IMG/VR virus record: IMGVR_UViG_3300042868_010462
Span: 32,001 to 96,000 of that record
Reading direction: 5' to 3' (one strand)
Source: a virus
DNA length: 64,000 nucleotides
Shown here piece by piece: positions 1 through 10,921 of the stretch. Position 1 is the stretch's first letter, and every line of letters starts with the position of its first letter. The notes below the pieces were generated by a model that saw nothing but the letters and a program-made list of their open reading frames with translations, did not search any database and was not told the DNA's origin. The position numbers and the translations under genes were made by a program.

Positions 1-455
1 AATTCGTTGAGTGCCAAACGAACAGAAGTACTAAAAACATTTTTTATAATTGTGCCTTGGTTTCTGATGATTTTAAAGAAGAATTTATTGAAGGTGATTT
101 TGATGGTAATTTAATGAGTTCAATAAATGGGAGAAGGCTAAATAGAAAAAATTTGGAACTAGTACCAACATTAACCTTGAATTATATTTTAGAGAAACAT
201 AAAATTGAAAAAATTGATTTTTTTTCTCTTGATGTTGAGGGTTATGAATTAGAAGTTCTCAAAGGTATTGATTTTAAAAAATTCAAACCTAAGTACATTT
301 TAATCGAAATTTATAATCATCTTTTTGAACCTATAACTAATTTTTTAAAAAATGAAAATTACATTTTAGTTCAGAATGTTTCAAACTTCAACAAAAACGA
401 TTATCCAAACTGGGATGGAAGTCATAATGATTATTTATTCAAACAAATAAATTAA
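1..455 (+). CDS. FkbM-family SAM methyltransferase (5' partial, frame open from window edge)
   Basis: IDFFSLDVEGYELEVLKG motif; reading frame open from position 3 (FVECQTNRS...NCALVS). Confidence 0.85.
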   Translation, partial: FVECQTNRSTKNIFYNCALVSDDFKEEFIEGDFDGNLMSSINGRRLNRKNLELVPTLTLNYILEKHKIEKIDFFSLDVEGYELEVLKGIDFKKFKPKYILIEIYNHLFEPITNFLKNENYILVQNVSNFNKNDYPNWDGSHNDYLFKQIN

Positions 456-1105
456 TGAAACTAGACAAAATTTATTTATTGAACCATAAAGATTTTGATG
501 TCAGGAGAGATAATATTGAGTCAAAACTTAAAAGTGAAAAAATAGAATATGAGTTGGTTCAAAATTACCATCCATCTGAAATAAATTATGAGTATGATTT
601 AGGTGATTGGAATCAACATTTTGACATTGAAATAACTCACCCCTATGGTAATTACAAAAATTTTTCCAAAAAGGTTTCTATAGGTAGTTTGAGTTTAGTT
701 CTAAAACACAAATTTTGTTTCTTGAGTCAGTTAAAATATAATTATAAAAACATTCTTATTTTGGAAGACGATTGTGAAATACCAAACAACTTTCAAAATT
801 TATTAGATGACGTTATGAACGAATTTGAACCACTTACCAATTTTGGTGTGGGTGTGGTTATGTTAGGTACGGCATTCAATTTTAGTTCCAAAAAAAATGA
901 TGGGACAAAAAAAATATATTTCGATGAACTACAAAAAACTAGATGTACTCATGCGTATATTATTAATATTGAAGTGACAAAAAAAATAATTGAATATTTT
1001 TCATATTGTAATTTACCTATAGATTTCAAATTAAATGAATTGTTCGAGTTTTTTAAAATAAAAGTTGCTTGGCTAGAACCAGGATTAATTCAAGTAAAAT
1101 TTTAA
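455..1105 (+). CDS. GT25-like glycosyltransferase
   Basis: IYLLN...RR, SL.LKH, ILILEDD, CTHAYII and LPID motifs. Confidence 0.75.
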   Translation: MKLDKIYLLNHKDFDVRRDNIESKLKSEKIEYELVQNYHPSEINYEYDLGDWNQHFDIEITHPYGNYKNFSKKVSIGSLSLVLKHKFCFLSQLKYNYKNILILEDDCEIPNNFQNLLDDVMNEFEPLTNFGVGVVMLGTAFNFSSKKNDGTKKIYFDELQKTRCTHAYIINIEVTKKIIEYFSYCNLPIDFKLNELFEFFKIKVAWLEPGLIQVKF

Positions 1106-1109
1106 TATT

Positions 1110-1988
1110 TTGACCATAACAATAGCCCCAATGGTACATCCAGAAGTTGCTGATGCCCCATATTTTTTAGAAATACTTTCTAATCTAAAAGATAAACTTG
1201 ATGATACATTTCATTTTATAATTTCAAGATTAAATACATCAGAAGAAATTGTACAATTTCACAATTGTATAAAAAATGACAAAAAAAATATTTTAATTTT
1301 ACTTTCAGATGAAAAAGGAATTATTCCTCCTTTTTTGGAAAAACTTTATTTAGTATTCAGAACATATAGTAACTCTAATTTAGTTGATAATAAAAAAATT
1401 TTTCCTGTACCATGTGGTTTTTCTTTTGGGTATGGTGGGTTTTTTGGTAATTCAGATTGGAAATATAAACAAACAACAAAAAAATTACTTGTTGACCGAA
1501 AGTATGATATTTTTTATTCAGGTCAATTTTCTCAAAATAGACAAGATTGTATTAACGTGTTAAACAATCTAAAAAATAACTATAATTGTATTGTAAATAT
1601 TACTGATGGATTTGCTAAAGGTTTCAAATTAGAAGAATACTATAATTTTATGTCAGATTCCAAAATCTCAATAGTACCAAATGGTTGTGTGGTGCCTGAA
1701 TCATTTAGATATTTCGAGTCGTTCGAAAACAACTGTATTGTTGTTACAACTTTCCCAAGAAACACAATATATGGTAATTGGTTTTATAATAATTCTCCAG
1801 CAATATTTTTAGAAGAATGGTCACAATTGACCAATGAATTAGTTGATACACTTCTAAGACCTGACGAACTCGAAAAATTTGATATCGTAAATCAGAAATA
1901 TTTTGAACATAATATATCTCCATTGGGGATTAGTAATTATATTTATAAACAAATTACAATTAAAGAAAATGATAGGGGTATACTTTAG
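1110..1988 (+). CDS. exostosin/GT47-like glycosyltransferase
   Basis: RKYDIFYSG, MSDSKISIVPNG, SFRYFESFENNCIVV. Confidence 0.65.
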   Translation: MTITIAPMVHPEVADAPYFLEILSNLKDKLDDTFHFIISRLNTSEEIVQFHNCIKNDKKNILILLSDEKGIIPPFLEKLYLVFRTYSNSNLVDNKKIFPVPCGFSFGYGGFFGNSDWKYKQTTKKLLVDRKYDIFYSGQFSQNRQDCINVLNNLKNNYNCIVNITDGFAKGFKLEEYYNFMSDSKISIVPNGCVVPESFRYFESFENNCIVVTTFPRNTIYGNWFYNNSPAIFLEEWSQLTNELVDTLLRPDELEKFDIVNQKYFEHNISPLGISNYIYKQITIKENDRGIL

Positions 1989-2688
1989 AGGAAGATTAGG
2001 GAACAATATGTATCAATATGCTTATATTCGAAGTGTTTCAGAAAGATTAAATTTAGAATTTACTATACACGAATCACCACAAGGTAATTTTGAACAATTT
2101 GATGATATTTTTCCTCATTTAAATTACAAAAAAAATGTTGGTTCTTTTACTAAGATGTTAGAAGAAATAAACTATGACTTTAAAGAAGATTTATACAACT
2201 TAAAAGATGATACAATAACGTATGGATTTTTTCAAAATCATATGTACTCCGAAAGAGAAAAAGTTAAAAATTGGTTTAAAATCTTTTTAGACGACAATCA
2301 AGAAAAAGAATTGGAATCAATTGTAAATAATTTTAGTCCTGATGAGTATTGTTATATTAATTTTAGGGGTACAGATTTTATGGATGTTATTAGTTGGCAG
2401 ACAAACAAAGATTTTTTTGAGAGAGCAAAAAATCAAACTAAAAGAAAAAAATATTTGGTAATTACTGATGATATTGAAAACGCTAAAATCAATATTAATG
2501 CTGATGCTTATTTTAACCCAAATTTCAAAATCGCATTGAAATTGATGACTTTATCAAAAGAATTAATAATTCCCGCATGGACTTCTTTTGGTTGGTGGGG
2601 TGCGTGGTTGAGTGAAAGTGAAAAAATTTGGGCGCCTGATATAACTGACATATGTTATAATAAAAATGATATATTCACGTATATATAA
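1969..2688 (+). CDS. GT11 alpha-1,2-fucosyltransferase-like protein
   Basis: GRLGNNMYQYA, FRGTD, TSFGWWGAWL motifs; ATG at 1969 preferred over the track start at 1903. Confidence 0.8.
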   Translation: MIGVYFRGRLGNNMYQYAYIRSVSERLNLEFTIHESPQGNFEQFDDIFPHLNYKKNVGSFTKMLEEINYDFKEDLYNLKDDTITYGFFQNHMYSEREKVKNWFKIFLDDNQEKELESIVNNFSPDEYCYINFRGTDFMDVISWQTNKDFFERAKNQTKRKKYLVITDDIENAKININADAYFNPNFKIALKLMTLSKELIIPAWTSFGWWGAWLSESEKIWAPDITDICYNKNDIFTYI

Positions 2689-2702
2689 AAAAATTTCAAT
2701 TA

Positions 2703-3335
2703 ATGACTGATACACATTTCGAAAAATTAAAAATAAAGTTTAAAGGATATGAAACCTTAAAAGAATCCTATTCCCAAGCAGGTCAAGACCTATTCGTTTT
2801 GTGCGTGTTGGATGGGAAGAAAAATGGTAAATTTTTAGATATTGGTGCATCTTGGCCAAAATTTTATAATAATACCTTTTTATTAGAGTCCGATTATAAT
2901 TGGAGTGGGTTGTTAATTGAAATAGATAACGAGTATTGTTCTCAATATCCTTCCGATAGAAGGTCAGAATTTATCTGTGGTGATGCAACCTCATTAGATT
3001 ATGTAAATATTTTTTCAAATTTAAAAGAAGTTGATTATCTTTCTTTAGATATTGATGGTTTACCTACTTTAGATGTGCTCAAAAAATTAGATTTGGGTAC
3101 TAATCAAATTTCTGTTGTTACTTTTGAACACGACATTTATAAGTCAGATTCTTATATAAGAGACGAATCAAGAAAAATTTTTGAGTCATTTGGTTATGTT
3201 CGTTTGTGTTCAGATGTTTGTAATGGTGGAAATTCTTTTGAGGATTGGTATATAACTCAAAAAATTTACGATGAAAAACTTAAAGTTTTGGAATCGGTAA
3301 ACAATGAGTGGACTGAAATTATTTACAACAAATGA
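2703..3335 (+). CDS. FkbM-like methyltransferase
   Basis: YSQAGQD, FLDIGA, NNTFLLE..WSGLLIE, DYLSLDID, TFEHD. Confidence 0.8.
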   Translation: MTDTHFEKLKIKFKGYETLKESYSQAGQDLFVLCVLDGKKNGKFLDIGASWPKFYNNTFLLESDYNWSGLLIEIDNEYCSQYPSDRRSEFICGDATSLDYVNIFSNLKEVDYLSLDIDGLPTLDVLKKLDLGTNQISVVTFEHDIYKSDSYIRDESRKIFESFGYVRLCSDVCNGGNSFEDWYITQKIYDEKLKVLESVNNEWTEIIYNK

Positions 3336-4354
3336 AAATAATTTTTGAATCAAGTTTATTGTCTCAGAATGGGACTTCTGTAGCAACATTTGACTATGCA
3401 AATTATAACCAAGAAATTTTGGGTAATGAGTCAATTATTCTTACAAAATCTACAAATTATTTGAAAGAGTTACACCCAAATCTTGAGCATCACTCAGAAA
3501 CTTTTAATCTTTTTACAAAAAAATTTGATGTACACCAATATAATAATTGGTATGAAGCTGAAAAAATAATTAGCGACACAAAATGTGATATGTTATATAC
3601 CTTAAAAAGTGGTATTCAGGATGAAATTGTTTCACAAAATACAAAAACAAGTGTTCATGCTGTTTTTAGATGTTTACAACCTCATGGTACAAAAAATGCT
3701 TTTATATCTGAATGGTTGTCTGTTAATTTTTTAGGTGGTCAAATCCCATATGTACCACACATTGTAAAATTACCTGAAATTGACGAGAATCTTAGAAAAT
3801 CTCTTAATATACCAAAAGATGCAATTGTAATAGGACGACACGGTAGTAAAACTTCTTTTAATTTACCTTTTGTTTTTGATGTAATTAATAGAATTATAAA
3901 TGAAAGAACTGATTTATATTTTCTATTTCTGAATACTAATTCTTTTTGTGAAAGTTTTTCAGAAACAAGAATAAATAATCACGAACGAATTATTTTTTTA
4001 CCCGAAACATTCGATGTTTTTGAAAAAACTAAATTTATTAACACTTGTGACGCTACGATACATGCAAGAAAGAATGGTGAAAGTTTTGGTTTGGCTATTG
4101 CTGAATTCTCAATAAGAAACAAGCCGGTTATAACTTGGTCAGGTAAAGAACATCATAAATTTTATGAACATGGACATGATTTTGCCCATATTCATATGTT
4201 AGGGGATTGTGCTTATTATTACGATGATTATGACCAACTTTACAATATTCTAAAAAATTTTGAACCACAACCAAATAAAAATTGGGACGTATACTCCCAA
4301 AAATTTACTCCTCAAAAGGTTATGGAAAAATTTAAATCAGTTTTTTTAGATTGA
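3332..4354 (+). CDS. GT-B fold (GT4-like) glycosyltransferase
   Basis: GT.VA.FDYA N-terminus; HARKNGESFGLAIAEF. Confidence 0.75.
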   Translation: MKIIFESSLLSQNGTSVATFDYANYNQEILGNESIILTKSTNYLKELHPNLEHHSETFNLFTKKFDVHQYNNWYEAEKIISDTKCDMLYTLKSGIQDEIVSQNTKTSVHAVFRCLQPHGTKNAFISEWLSVNFLGGQIPYVPHIVKLPEIDENLRKSLNIPKDAIVIGRHGSKTSFNLPFVFDVINRIINERTDLYFLFLNTNSFCESFSETRINNHERIIFLPETFDVFEKTKFINTCDATIHARKNGESFGLAIAEFSIRNKPVITWSGKEHHKFYEHGHDFAHIHMLGDCAYYYDDYDQLYNILKNFEPQPNKNWDVYSQKFTPQKVMEKFKSVFLD

Positions 4355-4390
4355 TAATTTACTAAAAATTTTGGTGCTTTATACTGAAGT

Positions 4391-5368
4391 ATGAAAAAGA
4401 AAAAAGTAGCTTTAATAACAGGTATTAATGGTCAAGATGGGTCGTATTTAGCAGAATTTCTTTTAAGTAAAAACTACGAGGTATGTGGAACTTTGAAGAG
4501 AAATTCAATTGCTGAGAATCAAACTACAAGATTAGAAAAAATTTATGATAGTATAAATTTACATTACGCAGATATGACTGATTTGTCTTCTTTGATATCA
4601 GTAATACAAATTGTACAACCCGATGAAATTTATAATTTAGCAGCACAATCTCATGTGAAAATTTCTTTCCACCAACCAATCTATACCAGTAATGTTACTG
4701 GTTTAGGTACTTTAAATTTACTAGAAGCGGTAAAACTTATTAAACCCAATACAAAAATTTATCAAGCTTCTTCTTCAGAGATGTTTGGAAATTCTATAGA
4801 TACTGATGGATTTCAAAGAGAGACAACACCAATGAATCCTGTTTCCCCTTATGGTTGTGCAAAAGTTTTTAGTTATAATATTTCTAGAAATTATAGAAAT
4901 TCCTATGGGATGTTTATTTCAAATGGTATATTGTTTAATCATGAATCACCTAGAAGGGGTACTAACTTTGTTACAAATAAAGTTTGTAAAGAAGCAGTTA
5001 AAATTAAACTTGGGTTATCTAATGAGTTAAAACTAGGAAATCTTGAAGCAACAAGAGATTGGGGACATGCTAAAGATTATGTAAGGGCTATGTGGGAAAT
5101 TTTACAATTGGATACTGCTGATGACTTTGTTTGTGCAACGGGTAATTCACATAGTGTACGAGATTTGTGTCAATATGTTTTTTCTTACTTAGGATTAAAT
5201 TATCTTGATTATGTTAAAGTTGATGAAAAGTTTCTAAGACCTGAGGAATTACATAATTTAAAAGGTGACTCATCAAAACTGAAAAATAAAACAAAGTGGA
5301 CTTATGAATATACCTTTGAGTCAATGCTTGAAGAAATGGTACAATATTGGTTGAATTATTATGAATAA
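4391..5368 (+). CDS. gmd: GDP-mannose 4,6-dehydratase
   Basis: ALITGINGQDGSYLAE, PDEIYNLAAQSHV, YQASSSEMFG, GILFNHESPRRG, RDWGHAKDY. Confidence 0.97.
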   Translation: MKKKKVALITGINGQDGSYLAEFLLSKNYEVCGTLKRNSIAENQTTRLEKIYDSINLHYADMTDLSSLISVIQIVQPDEIYNLAAQSHVKISFHQPIYTSNVTGLGTLNLLEAVKLIKPNTKIYQASSSEMFGNSIDTDGFQRETTPMNPVSPYGCAKVFSYNISRNYRNSYGMFISNGILFNHESPRRGTNFVTNKVCKEAVKIKLGLSNELKLGNLEATRDWGHAKDYVRAMWEILQLDTADDFVCATGNSHSVRDLCQYVFSYLGLNYLDYVKVDEKFLRPEELHNLKGDSSKLKNKTKWTYEYTFESMLEEMVQYWLNYYE

Positions 5369-6266
5369 TAAAATTTTAGTTACAGGAAGTAATGGTTTAG
5401 TTGGTTCAGAAATCAATGCTGATTATAGAATAGGTAAGGAGTATGATTTAAGAAAGGATTTTGATTGTAGTAGGATGTTATCTATGTATGCACCTACCCA
5501 TGTTGTAAATTGTGCAGCTAAAGTTGGTGGTATTGGTCTTAATATGGCAAAAAAAGGAGAACTTTTTTATGATAACATTATGATAAATACAAATATGATA
5601 GAAAATTGTAGAAAGTATAATGTAAAAAAACTTGTAACATTTTTATCGACTTGTATTTTTCCTGATAACATAAGTTATCCATTAACAGAAAAAAAGATAC
5701 ATTTAGGTTCACCCCATTTTTCTAATGATGCTTATGCCTATGCGAAAAGAATGGTCGACATACAAAATAGAGCATATAGAGAACAATATGGTATTGAATA
5801 TGTGTCTGTTATCCCAACAAACATTTATGGACCTAATGACAACTATTCTTTAGAAAATGGACACTTAATACCTATGTTAATACATAAAATGTTTATAGCT
5901 TCAAAAAATAAACAAGATTTTGTTGTTTGGGGTAGTGGTAAACCAATGAGAGAATTTATATATTCCAAAGATATTGCTAAATTAACTGAGTGGGTCTTAT
6001 TAAACTACAATGAGGATGAACCAATTATATTGGGTAATTCTGTAGAAGTAAGTATATTAGATATTGTGGACTTAATAGTAAAAGAGTTTAACTTTAAAGG
6101 AAAAGTTAAATTTGATAAAACTAAACCTGATGGTCAATTAAGAAAACCATCCGATAATACTAAATTGAGGACTCTTTTACCTGATTTTGTATTTACTCCA
6201 CTAGAAACGGGTTTAAAAGAAACTATAAATCATTTTATACAAAATTATGAAAGTATAAGAAAGTAA
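5361..6266 (+). CDS. fcl: GDP-L-fucose synthase
   Basis: VTGSNGLVG, AAKVGGI, LSTCIFP, YAYAKR, PTNIYGPNDN, WGSGKPMREF; directly follows gmd. Confidence 0.95.
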   Translation: MNNKILVTGSNGLVGSEINADYRIGKEYDLRKDFDCSRMLSMYAPTHVVNCAAKVGGIGLNMAKKGELFYDNIMINTNMIENCRKYNVKKLVTFLSTCIFPDNISYPLTEKKIHLGSPHFSNDAYAYAKRMVDIQNRAYREQYGIEYVSVIPTNIYGPNDNYSLENGHLIPMLIHKMFIASKNKQDFVVWGSGKPMREFIYSKDIAKLTEWVLLNYNEDEPIILGNSVEVSILDIVDLIVKEFNFKGKVKFDKTKPDGQLRKPSDNTKLRTLLPDFVFTPLETGLKETINHFIQNYESIRK

Positions 6267-6276
6267 TAAAAAAAAT

Positions 6277-7005
6277 ATGACTCAAAGAAGAAAAACGAAT
6301 CAACAACAAGAACCTGAACAAAAAAATAAAACTAAAAAGGAGATTATTTCAGAAATAATCAAAAAGAAATCTAAGGAAAAATTTTTAACTGAAAATCAAA
6401 AATTGTATTACGATTTACTTAAAAAAAATCAGATAACGATTTGTTCAGGTCCTGCGGGTGTTGGTAAATCTTACATTGCAATGAAAGCAGCTATCGACTT
6501 GTTAGCCGACCCCCAATCACCATATGAAAAAATTATTATAGTTAGACCAGCTGTTGAAGCAGAAGAAAAACTAGGTTCATTACCAGGAAATGTTGAGGAA
6601 AAATTAGACCCATATATTTTCCCATCATATTATTTGATGAATAAAATCATTGGTAAAGAAGCGAGAGAGAAACTTAAAGAAAATGATATTATTGAAGTTT
6701 TTGCTTTAGCATATATGAGAGGTATGAACATTGACAATTCACTTTTAATATTCGAGGAAGCACAAAACTCAACACCAAATCAAATGAAATTACTATTGAC
6801 AAGAATAGGATTCAATAGTAAATTTTTTATCAGTGGTGACTTAGAACAAACTGATAGATACAAAGACAAAACACATTCAGGTTTATATGATGCAATAAAA
6901 AAATTCAAGGACTTAAGTGATGTTGGTGTTTTTGAATTTGATACTCAGGATGTTGTAAGAAACCCATTAATCGGTAAAATCTTAAAAAGATACGAAGATA
7001 AATGA
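6277..7005 (+). CDS. phoH: PhoH-family ATPase
   Basis: GPAGVGKS, RPAVEAEEKLGSLPG, LAYMRG, EEAQN, LLTRIG, GDLEQTD, VVRNPL. Confidence 0.95.
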   Translation: MTQRRKTNQQQEPEQKNKTKKEIISEIIKKKSKEKFLTENQKLYYDLLKKNQITICSGPAGVGKSYIAMKAAIDLLADPQSPYEKIIIVRPAVEAEEKLGSLPGNVEEKLDPYIFPSYYLMNKIIGKEAREKLKENDIIEVFALAYMRGMNIDNSLLIFEEAQNSTPNQMKLLLTRIGFNSKFFISGDLEQTDRYKDKTHSGLYDAIKKFKDLSDVGVFEFDTQDVVRNPLIGKILKRYEDK

Positions 7006-7655
7006 GAGTAGCTATAGATATCAACGGTGTACTTAGAGATACTATTGGTAAGTTTAAACAATTGTATGAAAAACATTTGATTGATACACCTCAAAGTGAG
7101 TACATTAACACAACATATACAATTGACTTGTCAGGTAATACAGAAGTACAAACACTACCAGAACCATTTGAATACAAAATTTTATCCCCAGTTACAAGTT
7201 TAGATTTAAAAAAACATTTTTCATTTCAAAACGAGGAGGAATATTATTCATTTATGTATGAAGAATATTGTATGGAATTATTTGGACATTCTCCATCTAC
7301 TGAAATGTCAACATTTTATGATTTGAATGATGTTTATTATAATCTAAGAAAAAGATTTGATTTTCTTTTAATCTCAGATGAGATAGGAAAATCAAAACCC
7401 GCAACTTTATTCTTCTTGTCTAAATTTGGTTGTGAGTTAGAAAAAATTATGTTTTATTCAAACACCACAATTAATTATTTATGGGACGAATTTGACATTT
7501 TACTTACTGCAAATCCTAACTTATTATTAAATCATCCGATTGACAAAAAAGTAATCAAGTTTGAAACTGAATATAACAAGGATATAAACAAATACGACTC
7601 AATCAAAAGTTTGAAAGAGTTAGAACAATTACTCAAACAATTAATAAAATGTTAA
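7002..7655 (+). CDS. HAD-like 5'(3')-deoxyribonucleotidase-type protein
   Basis: N-terminal AIDINGVLRD (HAD motif I variant). Confidence 0.55.
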   Translation: MRVAIDINGVLRDTIGKFKQLYEKHLIDTPQSEYINTTYTIDLSGNTEVQTLPEPFEYKILSPVTSLDLKKHFSFQNEEEYYSFMYEEYCMELFGHSPSTEMSTFYDLNDVYYNLRKRFDFLLISDEIGKSKPATLFFLSKFGCELEKIMFYSNTTINYLWDEFDILLTANPNLLLNHPIDKKVIKFETEYNKDINKYDSIKSLKELEQLLKQLIKC

Positions 7656-7918
7656 AAATATTAGGAGAAAATTATTATTTTGATATAGATGTTATTGAAA
7701 ATTACATTAATGTCGAGCCACCTAAAGATTATAGTGGCGCACCACAAAATCATATAAGTGTAGTAAAATATGAAATGGTAAAAATGATGGTAGAAACACT
7801 TATAGTTGAAAATGAGGAAGCCGATGAAACTTTAGGGATGAAAAATAGTGATTTATCTATACCATTTAGATTAGCTTTCAATTCTTTACTATATAAAAAA
7901 TTAATAAACAAAATTTAA
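7649..7918 (+). CDS. hypothetical protein
   Basis: ORF tightly coupled in the operon. Confidence 0.7.
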   Translation: MLKILGENYYFDIDVIENYINVEPPKDYSGAPQNHISVVKYEMVKMMVETLIVENEEADETLGMKNSDLSIPFRLAFNSLLYKKLINKI

Positions 7919-7919
7919 T

Positions 7920-8978
7920 ATGAATTCTGAACAAATACAAAAAGTAGAACAATCAATTAAAAACTTAAAAGATAAAAATTCTAAAATTTATCTATTAGTA
8001 CAAGACACCAAAGGTAATGCAAAAGCTTCGGTAGCATACATCTATAATATGGGTTTAGCATTAATGGAAGATGGATTTAACGTCATAATGTTACACGAAA
8101 AAAATGATTACTATGGTGTAGATTCTTGGTTAGGTGAGGAATATATGAAAATACCACATACCTTTATCGAGGGTCAAAATTTAGGTGTTACCCCTGAGGA
8201 TTTCATTGTTATTCCAGAAATCTACGGATTTGTGATGGAACAAATAACTAAATTACCTTGTGGAAAAATTGTTTTAACTCAAGCATATGACCACATTTTA
8301 GAAACCTTACAACCTGGTCAATCTTGGTCACAATTAGGTTTTTATAAATGTATTACTACGTCAAATATGGTTAAAGAATATTTGGAAAATACAATGAGAG
8401 GTATTTCTTATGACGTATTAGAACCATTTATTTCTGAAAGTTTTACAAAACAAAAATTACCAAACAAACCAATCGTAGCAGTTCACACTAGAGACCAAAG
8501 AGATACCTTAAACTTAATTAAAAGTTTCTATCTAAAATTCCCACAATATAGATGGGTCACATTCAAAGATATGAGAGGACTAAGTATAGAACAATTCGCT
8601 GATGAGTTAAAAAATTGTTTCATTTCTGTTTGGGTTGATGAAACAAGTTCATATGGTACTTTTCCATTAGAAAGTATGAAAACAAATATACCTGTCATTG
8701 GATTAGCTCCAAATATAGTACCTGAATGGATGAATGAAGATAACGGACTATGGATTAATAACAAAACTCAAATGGTTGATTATTTGGCTGATTATATCCA
8801 AAATTGGTTAGAAGATAATACCAATCCAAAAATAATTACCGAGATGGAAAAAACTGTGGAAAGTTTACCAACTAAGGATAATTTCTATAAAAAGGTTAAA
8901 GAATTATTTAACGACTATGTGGAAAAAAGAGCCATAACTTTTGAAGAACAATTAAACAAATTACAAGAAGTAGAATAA
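7920..8978 (+). CDS. GT-B fold glycosyltransferase-like protein
   Basis: DFIVIPEI, SSYGTFPLESM...PVIG. Confidence 0.65.
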   Translation: MNSEQIQKVEQSIKNLKDKNSKIYLLVQDTKGNAKASVAYIYNMGLALMEDGFNVIMLHEKNDYYGVDSWLGEEYMKIPHTFIEGQNLGVTPEDFIVIPEIYGFVMEQITKLPCGKIVLTQAYDHILETLQPGQSWSQLGFYKCITTSNMVKEYLENTMRGISYDVLEPFISESFTKQKLPNKPIVAVHTRDQRDTLNLIKSFYLKFPQYRWVTFKDMRGLSIEQFADELKNCFISVWVDETSSYGTFPLESMKTNIPVIGLAPNIVPEWMNEDNGLWINNKTQMVDYLADYIQNWLEDNTNPKIITEMEKTVESLPTKDNFYKKVKELFNDYVEKRAITFEEQLNKLQEVE

Positions 8979-8979
8979 T

Positions 8980-9783
8980 ATGGAAAAATTTAATGTATCA
9001 GTAATATTACCAATAAAGTCAGGGTCAGCATTCGATTTTGATGAATATTTTGTAAAAGCAATTACGTCCCTAAAAGAACAAAAAACACAAATTAATGAAC
9101 TAATAATTGTTCATACCGATGAAACAAAATTAATTGAGGTTTTGGATGATTATGATTTCGGTGACCTAAATGTTAAAAAAATTAAGTGGAGCAACGAACC
9201 TAATTTTTGTAACCAAGTAAACTTGGGTATAACTGAAGCAAGTTCCGAATGGGTTTCAATTTTCGAATTTGATGACGAATACTCCAAAATTTGGTTTGAC
9301 AACGTTGAAAGATATTCTTCAGTTTACAATGACGTAGATATTTTTTTACCAATTGTTGTCGATACTGATGAAAAAGGAATGTTTGTCGGATTCACAAATG
9401 AAGCGACATTTGCATTAAATATTTCAAGTGAAATAGGTTTGTTGACAAACGAAGTTTTACAACAATATCAGAATTTTCAAATTTCAGGTATGGTTATTAA
9501 AAAATCAGTTTTTGAAAATACAGGTTTATTTAAAGGTACGTTCAAACTTACTTTTGGGTATGAGTTTTTACTCAGAGCATCTCATTATGGTTTAAAAATT
9601 ATGTCCCTTCCTAAAATAGGTTACAAACATACCAATTTTAGACCAGGTTCTATTTTTTGGAATTACAAAAATGGTGATACTCAACTTAAACCTGAAGAGG
9701 TCAAATTTTGGATTGAGAGTGCAAAAAAAGAATATTTCTTCACTAGTGATAGAAAAATAAAGTATGAAGGACAAACAAATTAA
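8980..9783 (+). CDS. GT2-family glycosyltransferase-like protein
   Basis: VSVILP, N.G...ASSEWV.IFEFDD, EFLLR. Confidence 0.7.
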   Translation: MEKFNVSVILPIKSGSAFDFDEYFVKAITSLKEQKTQINELIIVHTDETKLIEVLDDYDFGDLNVKKIKWSNEPNFCNQVNLGITEASSEWVSIFEFDDEYSKIWFDNVERYSSVYNDVDIFLPIVVDTDEKGMFVGFTNEATFALNISSEIGLLTNEVLQQYQNFQISGMVIKKSVFENTGLFKGTFKLTFGYEFLLRASHYGLKIMSLPKIGYKHTNFRPGSIFWNYKNGDTQLKPEEVKFWIESAKKEYFFTSDRKIKYEGQTN

Positions 9784-10535
9784 TGACCGAAACAAATATC
9801 ATTTCAGGTGATACTATTTTAGATTCTAAGAAAAAAGGAAGAAAGCCAAAACAAAAAAACTATTTCGATGTACAAGAAGAATTAGCTGTTGTCGATTATC
9901 TAACTGCGGAAACATCGGAGGAAAAAAATAAAATTTATAATGATTTCCTCCGAATTCCATTAGACAAAATGATTTCATCAATTATTCGTAGATACAAATT
10001 ATATCGGAAGGATATGGATTTCGAAGAACTACATATAGATACACATTCATTTCTAATGACTAAAATAGACAAGTTTAAGCCCTCGAAGGAAAAGAAGGCT
10101 TATTCTTATTTTGGTACAATCTGTAAAAATTATTTGATGGGTCAAATAATTAAAGATGCTAAGGAAACCAATAGAAAAATATCATACGAGGATATCTCCT
10201 CAGATTTAGAAAATGATGAAAATTTATCATACTCAATTGATAATGACACATTAGATTCTCAAAATATTATTCAGAGTTTTTTAATTGAACTAGAAAAAGT
10301 TCTTACAGAAAAAAATCTTTCAGAAAATGAATTTAAGTTGGGTCAAGCACTTATGGAGTTATTTGAAAACTACGACTCAATATTCATTGGTAATTCTAAT
10401 AATAAATTCAACAAAAATGTGATACTTCTTTCACTTCGAGAGATGACTAATTTATCAACTAAAGAAATTAGGGTTTGTATAAAACGATATAAAAATATTT
10501 ATATTAGTATGCTTGACAAAATGATGCAAGAATAA
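9783..10535 (+). CDS. phage sigma factor, T4 gp55 (late sigma)-like
   Basis: KNYF N-terminal motif; region-2-like DKFKP...KAYSYFGTICKNYL. Confidence 0.6.
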   Translation: MTETNIISGDTILDSKKKGRKPKQKNYFDVQEELAVVDYLTAETSEEKNKIYNDFLRIPLDKMISSIIRRYKLYRKDMDFEELHIDTHSFLMTKIDKFKPSKEKKAYSYFGTICKNYLMGQIIKDAKETNRKISYEDISSDLENDENLSYSIDNDTLDSQNIIQSFLIELEKVLTEKNLSENEFKLGQALMELFENYDSIFIGNSNNKFNKNVILLSLREMTNLSTKEIRVCIKRYKNIYISMLDKMMQE

Positions 10536-10546
10536 AACAAAAACCT

Positions 10547-10921
10547 ATGGCCAGACCTCACAAAAAAGAAATTAATTTAACGAAAGAATCAATGCTTTCT
10601 TTGATGCAAGAGATATATAACGAACTTGTAGAACAGAGAAACACAGCTATTCGTATACAAAATAAAATGTTGACTATGATGAAAGAACCTGAAGATATGA
10701 CTCTCATAGGTCCTGTTATAGAAAAACAACAAAAGATAATAAATGATTGTGTTGAGAAAAAGTTGACACTTTCAAAGTTACAATCCTCAATGTGGGAAAA
10801 AAGTAACAACACAAAAGAATCATTCTCAATTTCTGATATAGATGTTGATGATGATATTATAAAAGATTTATTAGAAAGAGATGTTTCAAAAACTGATAAT
10901 GTTTACAAAATGAAAAAATAA
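10547..10921 (+). CDS. conserved hypothetical coiled-coil protein
   Basis: ORF in operon. Confidence 0.7.
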   Translation: MARPHKKEINLTKESMLSLMQEIYNELVEQRNTAIRIQNKMLTMMKEPEDMTLIGPVIEKQQKIINDCVEKKLTLSKLQSSMWEKSNNTKESFSISDIDVDDDIIKDLLERDVSKTDNVYKMKK

